Source: Cycas panzhihuaensis (taxonomy: Eukaryota > Plantae > Cycadophyta). Taken from it: 64,000 bases of DNA. Shown here in pieces: positions 53,801 through 64,000 of the stretch (its first letter is position 1; the number at the start of each line of letters is the position of its first letter). A program made the position numbers and the translations under genes. The stretch is taken from assembly GCA_023213395.1 (NCBI GenBank), contig CM041465.1, forward strand, positions 137,399,741 to 137,463,740, given 5' to 3'. Under the pieces are notes generated by a model, which had not been told where the DNA came from, ran no database searches, and was given only the letters and a program-made list of their open reading frames with translations.

Positions 53801-56800
53801 AAAAATTATCTATGTGAACCATGTATAATGATCAAGGAACATCAAGAGAAATTTGAAAGAGGTAAAGCCTTAAGAGTAAAAGAGAAATTGGACTTATGTC
53901 CACTATGATATTTGTTGATTGTTAGATTGGTTAAGTGTTAACCACATACTTACATTAATGTAAATGTGGTTAATTAGTGAGTTGATTAGTTGAATGGCCA
54001 GGATTAACGAAGAGTTGCATCCCTTTAGATGGACGTACCATACAAGTTTGTATATATATACCAACCCTTAGATTGGATGTATCATCTCATTATAGTGCAA
54101 TCAACGTAACCACTGATTTGGCTTAGTGGGCTTTTTCGTGAAACAGTTTTTCGACATAAATCTAGTGTACTATTCTTTGTTGTTTGATGCTTGTTATGTA
54201 TGTTAAAGATTTGGATGTATGTTGTGCATGTTAAACCATTCACAATCTTAACATGGTATCAAAGCAAGCATCAAACAATAAAGAATAGTACACAGGATAT
54301 ACCTAGGAAAACCCTTTTGGAAAATACTGCCTTCACTTGGAGATTTCTAATTGAAGCCTAATTCCTTACATTTCCATTAAAGGGGATGCTAGAGTGGTTA
54401 AGTGTTAACCATATAGTTAATTAATGTAAATGTGGTTAATTAATGAGTTGATTAGTTGAATAGCCATGATTAACGAAGAGTCGCATTTCTTTATATGGAT
54501 GTACCATATGGGTTTATATGTATTCCAAGCCCTAGGTTGGATTGTAATGAATGTAATGATTGATTTGGCTTGGTGGGTTTCTTTCTCAAGAGGGTTTTTC
54601 TACATATATTCAGTGCATCATTCTTTGTTATTTGATGCATGTTGTGTATGCTAAAGATCCGGATGTATGGTGCATGTTAAACCATTTACAATCTTGGCAT
54701 GAACTAATACTAACAAGATCACTTGGAGGTGCAAAATAACTTTTTACCTTGATGCTTTCTCGAGGAAAGCATGGGTTTATTCCATAATGAGAAGTCACAT
54801 GCCTTTGATATTTTCAAAGAATTTAAAGAGAAGGCTAAAAATAAAAGTGCACAGGTTGAAAATCCTCGATCTAATAATAGTGGTGAATACACCTCCAAAG
54901 AATTTGATCAATGTTGTAAGAATCATGGAATCAAAAGTAGTTCACAACTATATATACACCATAGTAAAATAAAATGATAGGAAGGATGAATATGACTCTT
55001 ATTGAAAATGCCAAGTTAATATTGAATGCCAAGAGTTTACTAGATTCGACAAGAGCTATGATGCAACAATTTACTTGACGAACAAGAGTCCTATAAAGGT
55101 TGTTAGGAATGCGATGCTTGAGGAGGCTTGGATAGATGTAAAGCCTACAATGAGCCCTTGTAGAATCTTTGAGTGTATAGGATGCATACACATTCCAAAG
55201 GAGAAACAATAAAAATTTGATTAAGAAAATTTAAATTGCATTTTCATTTGGTATAATCAGAGGGGCAAAACTTATTGACTGTACAGTTGAAAAGTCAAAG
55301 TGGCGCAGACAACGTGTGACGCCATATTTTGAGTACGTGACAAGGAGAAAACCCTAGGTTCATTGCAATTTAGGCAAGAGAAAGGAAAACAAATCAAGAA
55401 ACAACTATGATCAAGTTGTTTGAGAGAATTTGTCATGCTCAATCATAACCGATCAATGCATTAGTTGATACTATTGATGAAGAGGAGGGATTTAAGGATG
55501 TTAAATTTGAAATCATTTTGCCGTCAAAGAGGTTGCTCAAATGGTATCTGAAAACAATTGTTGATGCATAGTCACTTGAGACACAAGGTAAGCAAAAATC
55601 CAAGATGAGACCTATATAAGGGTCAATTATGCTCTTATGACATAGGTGCTTAATGCAAAAAAGGCTTCCACTTTTAAGGGGGCAAATTCAGAGAAAAAGT
55701 GGAAAGACGTTATAGATGTTGAAATCTGAGCAGCGAGCAAGAATAAAACTTGGGATTTAGTATAATTTCTCAAAGGTAAATGTGCAATTGGATGTAGACG
55801 GGTTTATATGACCAAATTCATATAAAATGGCTCGATTGAACTATAAAACTATATTAGTACAAAGGCTTCAAGTAGAAAGGAGGAGTTGATGATCAGGAGA
55901 CCTTTGCTCTAGTAGTAAAAATGATGACTATAAGGATCATACTTGCTTTCACTTCCTAATTTAAATGGAAATTACACTAGTTTGATATGAACAGCATTCT
56001 CCTTAATGGAGATTTGATAGAAGAGGTCTATATGGAGTAGCCACTTGGATATGTAGAGGAGGGTAAGGGATATTTGGCATGTCCCCTCTAAAAAAGGCTT
56101 TGTATGGCTTAAAGTAGCTTATTAAAGCCTGGTATTTTTAAAATTGATGATTGTTTTCATAAGAATGGATTTGAAAATTCGTTAGTTGATTCAAACTTGT
56201 ATATAAAGGTTCATGATGGAAAATTTGTGACCTCCATGCTCTTGTATGCTGGTGATTTAGTCATAACAAGAAATGATACCTCAATTGTAAAAGACTTAAA
56301 AGAAGATTTGAAGAACACTTTTAAAATGATTGATCTTCAACTACTCTATTATTTCCTCAAATTAGAAGTTTGGTAAAGACCTAGTAGGATATCCATTTTG
56401 CATACTAAATACACATGGAAAATTTTGGAAAAATTCGTAATGGAGGACCACAAGCCTTCATTGATCCCAATGGAAGCATGGACAAAGTTATTAGCTTAAG
56501 ATGAAGGGAAGTGTATATGGCAATTTATGCATACAAAAAGTTAAAAGTTACATTTATTTGATTACAACTAAACCTAATATTATTTATGCAATAGGCATGG
56601 GATCCAAGTTCATGATAGAACTAAAGCAAAGCCATTAGAAAATTGGAAGGAGGATTTTGAGATACTTGTAGGAAACACTATAGTATGGACTTGAGTTTAC
56701 CCACAACAATAATTTTGTCTTGGAGGGTCTTTTTTATTTAGATTAGGTTGGATGCATCGATGAGAAGGTTCATTTTTAGATACTATTTTAGTGTTGGATT

Positions 56801-59800
56801 AGTTATTGTAACTTGGGGCCACAAAAAACTACCCAATGATGTCATTTCTTTTCCTAAAGCACAGCATAACGCTATAGTTATAGCATGCGAAGCCATCTAG
56901 TTAAAATTGTTTCTTGGTGATTTAGGTTTTTATGAGAAAGGCATTACAAAGTTGGACCATTATAATTCAAGTACATTGAAGAGAGCCAAGAATCTAGTGT
57001 TTTATGCATGAAACATATTGAGGTGCGTTATCATTTTATTAGAGAGAAGACTCAAAATGGGGAGATTGAGTTGATTTACAAGCTTATTAATAAAACGTTG
57101 GCACACATCTTTACCAAATTATTGGCGCAAGACAAACTTGAGAAGTTTAGAGATGGTATTAATATTAAAGCCAATGAAATAAACATTAAGGGGACTACTA
57201 GAATTAATGTTCGCTTAGGTCATAATTTAAAGTTGTGAGTCCTAGTGGTTAAGCGAGTCCTTGATGGGTTAGTTTGAACCATGTGTTATTGAGAGTTACC
57301 AAAGTCTTTAGTGGGCGCATGACACGAGTTAGGATAATTACCACTCTAATGGATAGTTATTTGGCCAGCAGTTGTATTTATATCTATATCATACTTTGTA
57401 TCTCACAATTCAATATTAATAGAAAATATTTGAAGATAGACTAATTTTACTACAAAATCTTTGTTTGTTGTTCTATTATTAACTCATTTTTTTTCTTACA
57501 TAGATAATACTTGGTGGGAGTGAGAGTAGACAAACTCAATATTCTAGGTTGTAGCTTATATTCAGGGTAAATTTTAATGTAAAAAATTAAATACTATAAT
57601 CTAAAGCATAGTATCCTAACACTAGTTTGACAAAATGACAAAATACAGTTGCCAATTTAAAAATCAAATTAGTAATTAGATTAAACTTATGGCTAAAAGG
57701 AGGTTATTGATAAATTACAACTAATTGCTAGGAAGGGTTTAATAAACTAGGTTTAGGTTAATGAGACATGGAAGTTTGGCTGAATGCTTGAATGTTATGT
57801 AATGTTTGAATGCTCATGTGTTATGAAAAAAGGAAGAAAGAATAAAATTTTAAGTCAAACAATATTTCTAATAAAAAAATTTCTCTAAGATATTTTAAAA
57901 CATAAATTTTATAATATTTATGCGAAAATATTTTTCATTATTATATTTTAGACTAGGTCAGGTGTTGGGGCGCATCACTTAGTACTACATTTTGATGTAA
58001 AAAATGTTCCAAGTTGAACTCCTAGGAGATTTATAGGGGTGAACGGGATGAAAGGGTGACAAATTCCAACAAACTAGAAACTGATTTTCTTTTCAAGACT
58101 CCACATCTTTAAAAAAAAAAAAAAAAAAAAATTAGATTTAATATTTGATTTATAACTTCACAAAAAATATAAATATAAGCACACTAGGGAAAATCAAGTT
58201 GATCTATGTTAGTGATTGGTGTGTATTTTTGCATATCAATTTGGCGAGGCTCCTTTGAGTGTTGCGTGTTTTTGTTTTCGTGCGAAGATGAATGGGCATG
58301 ATAGGGATCAACCCCTGTGCAGTACCATGTACTTCTGTTCTTCCTTGATAGTGAATTGAATTTACCATTAACTATGCCTATATTGTATTTCTTGTGTTCG
58401 TTGCATGAGAACGAATACAAGGTAGAATGGGATGAAGCAAGGTCTAAGGTGAGTTAGATGTGAATGCAAGGAGAGGGAAATACACTCTAGAGTGCAAACG
58501 TGATCTTGCTGCTGGGAATCTCACACCTACAAGCTGTAAGAGTGGAAAGAAATGCAAACGGAGGCCACCTGCGCTTGGGTTTCTGAATACTAACGATTGC
58601 AACGGATGCAGGGAAAGCAGTTGGGTCAAAATTTGAGTGTTGAGTTTGTAAGGAAAAAAAAGATAAAAAAGACTGGAAGAAAATTGGATGATTTATCTCC
58701 AGAACTGATCTGGAAAGAATTGGCTCTGATACCAATTATAGGGGTCCTGCCACTCCAGCATACAACGGGGACCATGTTCTAGCAAAATTGCCTCCAAATG
58801 GAGATGCCTGAAGGTAGAATAATACAGCAACAAATATTTGATGCCCATTCCCTAAGGCTGCAACCCTTATAAGTAGACACCCGCTAACACCCACATGGTG
58901 TGGTTGGCTTCCTAGCCATCTTGGGCCACTACAGGGTTAGTAAAATCAGTGAGGTCAGTGATCAGGGGTCAATTGAATCGACATGAGGTTAGGGATTTGA
59001 GTCAGGACATGTGCCCAAGATGGCTTTTCAAACCAACACGGAGATGAAATTATGTTCATACCTTTCAAGGTTGTGCCATTAAATTTGCAACCTTCCAAAT
59101 TCATGGGAACAACTTGAGAACTTCATTAAAAAGTTTGTAATCCTCTTATTCGATGATGTGGTATTACCGAAGATTGCTTTTTCATGCTAAGCAGGTGTTG
59201 TCCATGCTGCATCAATTTGGTTAAGAAAGAATAAACTATTTGGGGCTTTGCCTGCTCGTAATAGTAGTTCAGGTTGATGAGAGGGAACATTAGAGCAATC
59301 AAAAGTTGATCTAACCCAGTAACCTCTTGCAACATGGAGCCCTTTCCTGGTTAGCTTCGTCCTGCAGATGATTTGTTTGAGACTTTCACACAAAGAAGCC
59401 TCATTATAACAAGAATTTTTGAGAGTTACTTCCATTAGACTGGAGTTCTTAGAAGTGTCATTGGGGTTACAGTCATTGAAACCAAAAAAGTCATTTGCTT
59501 CAAGAACAAAAATGATGACAGTGAGTGGTTAAGAGCTATAGATGTTCGCCATATGTTGTGTTTTAGTGATAACATCTACAAGTAACATTGCTTCCCAAAC
59601 TGATCGCCCAGCTTGAAGTATCATCTGATCCAATTGGTGCTTGCTTAATGGGACATAGAAACGATGGGAAGATACCATAACAAGGACCAGAATGCACCGT
59701 TAGGACATACAAAGGCATAGTCAGCAAGGTGTGTGTGTTATCTGAATTTTATTGTTAAGTGATTGCTACCATTAGATTTCTAATTTAGCAGATTCAGGAC

Positions 59801-62800
59801 ATACTTTGTTTTTGTCTTTGAACAACATAGTGCTTAGAGATAAATAGAGGCCGCATGGGAAGAATGCATTCTTGCACAACACTTCTTTTCATAGATCAAT
59901 AGGGATTTACTTCTATAGAAGGGAAGAATTTTCATCCTGCCTAATTATGAATTTGGAATAGGGATTGCCATTCACACCCTATTGGCGGTCACAAAGGATT
60001 TGGGAAAACATGTTTGAACATAAGAATCCATTTTATCATGCCAGTTTTTGTATGAGGATAAAAAACAGTAAGTTAAGAAATTTGTCAAACGAACGTTCCC
60101 TATCCTGAGCCAACAAGTTATTGAATGTTTCTGTTTGTGGATTTGACTTTAGATTAGATTAAATGAGTCCTATAGGTGGCCCGACAAACTCCAGCTAGTG
60201 GTTAGATGAGAAATATGCAATTGCTGATTGAATCACTAAGCGCACAAACTTCCTGGCCAAGTGGACCATACAAAGCCTCTCTTGTGACATAATCCTTTTT
60301 TACTTATGGGAACATAAATGTCTTAAGGGTTCCACCTATCACCCTCAGATTCATGTCCAAACATGTATACGATAGAAGACTTGGAAGAGTGTGTTCAACA
60401 CTTGCTTGTAAAATGACTAGTTTTATAGTGTTCTTACATAAATTTGTAAGAATATCTCTAGTTGCATCAGTATTTGAGGCCTTGTTTGGATTTGGGGCTT
60501 ATATGAACATTTCTTGGCAGAAGTGTAATACGATTTACTCACAAGAGAATGCACTGATGACATGGTGAAAGAGCTGAACGCAGAGCTGTTGGTGCCAAGA
60601 CTTGGGAGACCTCTCTTGACCTTCACTTTGATGACCAATTCCATTCATATTGTGATGATTTAATGTGCAAATAAAATAACTATGATGTGGTTAGGTGGCT
60701 ATTGCACCCAACATGATTATAGAAGAGGCTTTAAGTTGCAGTTGCAAACTCTTGCAATTTATCTTGTTCTTTGGATTTTTTCAAGATCAGTTGTTCCTCT
60801 GACAAATATGACCCTTATTTGGGTTGATTTGCTAGCTTAGCCCTGGAGTAGACTCAGATGTGGATTCTTCTGTTCCACCTGCTTGTATAAATATTGTTGT
60901 GTATGAGATTTGTGGTATAAATATTAATGCTTTAATAATGACATTGATTTAAAAAAAAAAAAAGCTATGGAAATTGGACGTCCTAACTGCGATGTTGTTG
61001 TGTGCAACAGTACCACATATATCCTCTTTATCTGTTTCAGCTGTAAAAGTTAGATTAAACTCAACAATTGTAAGATGGCTTGGATTCAGAACAAGGCAAT
61101 CTGTGAAGACTTGAAGTTGTAGCATATATATCCTTTTTATCTACTTCAGCTGTAAAAGTTAGATTAAACAATGCAGTAACAAGGTCATTTGGATTCAAAC
61201 CAAGGCAATCTGTTAATACTTAATTGTGCAAAAAGACTCTCTGAGAGTAATGTGGCCATTCATTTTGTTGTTAGCATGACTATCAGAAGTGTAGCAAGAG
61301 TCTTGCTTATTCGGCATTGATTTGAAAATTTGGCATAGCAAAGAGTGAAGCTGCTGCTGCATTGAAATAAATAAATAAGACTTAGAAAAGAGATGTTCCA
61401 CCTTCAGTTTCCAGAGGCAAAATTGTGTTGTTGATACTTGTTGGTGATGTTGTATATTTATACATGGACTTTCATTCAAAACGTTTTAAGGTGCATTTGT
61501 ATGTTGTGAAGTATTGGGATTTCCTATTGCAGATGTTCACACTGAGCAATTGTGTTTTCGGGCATTTACTGAAAATGAAACCCGCAAAAGATTTTGAGTG
61601 CAAACAGTTATTTTCATGAGGAAATGTTTTGCTAAAGTGGGGATTGAAATATACTATTTGACATTTCCATGGAAGATTTGGCCCAAAACTTATTTGCGGA
61701 GGCAAGTAGGGTATACAGAGCTGTGTAGTATTAATTCACAGTTGCACAAGTTACATGATACTTCAAAATCATCACACAATATTTTGTGAGGGGCAGCTTT
61801 TAAATACTGTGTTTTAATTCAAAATCTGATCTGTTTACATAGAAAAATTAAAATATGACAGGTTATAAAGAAAATTTAGAAATATATAGACCTACAAAAT
61901 AAAATAACAATTCTCTACATAGAAATAGAAATATAAATGGAAGTATATTAATGTTCTCAAATGACCGAAACAGTCAATGGTACTGGAGAAAAGATGTTCT
62001 GCATACAATACATGGATAGGGAGTGTGCAGAACTTCTCCAATCTAAACCCATCTAAGACCATCTAGTGATGCACATATGAGCAATAACAATAACAATATA
62101 TTGGCTAAATAAAGTAATACACGAATTCATCAATAGGGAGTGCATAGAGCATCTCCAGTGTAAGCCTGTCTAAGACTGCCCAGTGATGTATGTATGAGCA
62201 ATAACAATAACAATGTCTTGGCCAAATAAAGCAATAGATTACTTTGAATGCCGTAATCTCTACATGAGAGATCCTAGAGTTTGATAAGGTTGATACAAGA
62301 GGTGTCTCTCATCCTCTATCATGATCTGGAAACCCTAATGATCTCGTCTTCTCCATCAACTCCTCTGAAGTTCTGTATCACCCATTGTATAAAGTCATTG
62401 AGTGAGTTGTCGATGAATTGCTATTGCAGTACCTTGAGGGGTGATTCCCTTTGATGCCAAGATGTGTTTTTCCCAAGATGGAAGGCCAAAGTCTACAAAG
62501 GTTTTAATTAAGGACTAGTAGAAGTTTGCAAAATGTGCGAGAGGAGACCTAGCAGAGTTGCCTTGATATAAACCTTTGGACTCTTTACACTTTGGTCTGG
62601 TAGTCATTCTCCCTTTATGAGGTGGCTGCTATAAATTGCAAGTGTGTGAGGTGGATTAGAGATTTGAGTATGTGAACAACATTTGATATGCTGTTGATTG
62701 TCTTGAGAGACTGAAGGGCATTTTGTCCTCATGCAATAGTCATTGAGCCAAAAAATGATGTAATAATTAACTGCATACTAGAGGGGTTGCAGCTATTCAA

Positions 62801-64000
62801 GAGTCATTTTCTCCTGAAAAACTGCTTTTGGAGAAAAAGAGCAACACACCTATGCCTTGTGTAAGAAGTCGAAGTTGGTGAGGATCCTATGGAGACTCTA
62901 AACAGGTAGTAAAATTTGTCCCTAATCTCATAGTGTACTGGGCATCGAAAAATAAAATGATCTTCAGTCATTGGTTCCGACAAATAAAGCATGTGAATCC
63001 TCTCATTTCAAAGGATAAAATGCTGGGCTTCTACCCTAAATTGGTGAGAGGACACTTCGGACTACCCCATGGGAACTACTAAACCATTCTACATATAGAG
63101 GCATATATACCATGCTGGATCAATTGTAACATATGTAAATTTGAGAAAATGCTCATGGTAGAAAGTTTAGGACTAAGCTACTCTGTGGGAGAAATCCAAG
63201 GAACCTGGAGATATGCTTGGTAAAGTTCATTTCTTATGGCCACATTAATCTCTTTCTCGGATAATGAGATTAGGGTTATCTAAGGGGAACTATGGGTGGA
63301 AGTTCATCACAGAAAGCCCAATCATCTGCAATACAACTGGATCTTAAATATACCTGTACTTGGAGTTTGTTTGAGATAGATATTGTGAGGAATACTGGGC
63401 CAAAAATGGGTATCTATCCTTTCAAACACTAGACTCTGCCATCCTCCTATCCTTCTGTGTAAATGCAAAACAATCCCAAGTATGGCCACCTGATTGAAGG
63501 GGATGTGCTCCAAACTCTGCATGTGTATCACATGTATGCTAAGCATAGCATTTGCACTCCCTCAATCCTTGTCCATTCTAGGGAGGACAGACTTGGTTCT
63601 TACATCTCTGCTCCATGTAAAACCGTAGGCCCATCTAGAGAATCAAAGGACAATTGCTTTATACATATATCTTGGAAATATATTTGAAAACATTGCTTCT
63701 CTAGAGATGAAAGTGAGTCATATCCTTTACGAAATTGAGGCCAAGCTGTTAGATGTATGAAAAAAGTATGCCAGATATTCTTAATTATGTAAAAGATGAA
63801 ACTATCTCCAACCGCTGCTGCCAAAAGGTGAGCAACAATCTAGATAAAACATCCTTAGAGGCACTGAAAACCACCATCTTATTCATTTCTAATTCTTCTT
63901 GTTCTCAGAAAAAGATGGCAAAGCGTTTGTTACAACCCCTAAGAGAAACTATATTATATGCAAATAACAAAAAGGCAATCAAAACATTATACAACATGCA
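45990..64000 (+). repeat. Second, near-identical copy of 1-18062, containing all its TEs and mosaic islands A-D
   Basis: Collinear throughout: LTR 48870-49352, chromovirus about 49705-52750, copia about 52847-57621, TRIM 53920-54699, short LTR 58737-58933, mosaic 57622-62810, LINE 62810-64000. Offset about 45.95 kb. Confidence 0.98.

Overview
This is plant nuclear DNA, probably gymnosperm-type (an inference from the TE families and gene-fragment motifs). It contains no intact cellular gene. About 70% is degenerate transposable element: Ty3/gypsy chromovirus and non-chromovirus pieces, two Ty1/copia remnants, a nested TRIM, a 5'-truncated LINE and a probable MULE. Positions 1-18062 recur near-identically at 45990-64000, on the far side of a 500-N gap (23896-24395), so they may be an uncollapsed haplotig. 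The main observation concerns the DNA left between the TEs (about a dozen islands from 3404 to 44460, plus their duplicates). Nearly all of it reads on the + strand as a dense, scrambled chain of very short (about 9-21 nt) snippets encoding conserved receptor-like kinase motifs. Kinase examples are KVYKG, IRHPN/IRHR, FEYVNN, LQYLH, VLHFDVK, NILL, PKIS, FGIAK, GSIGY, FGYI and RP.M; LRR examples are LNLHSN, DLSF, GSIP and EIGN. The snippets change frame constantly, form no ORF and do not follow gene order. I interpret this as a very large non-coding RLK-motif mosaic, possibly a TAS/PHAS-like small-RNA locus directed at the RLK/Pelle family. This rests on by-eye translation and needs a k-mer enrichment test and small-RNA data.
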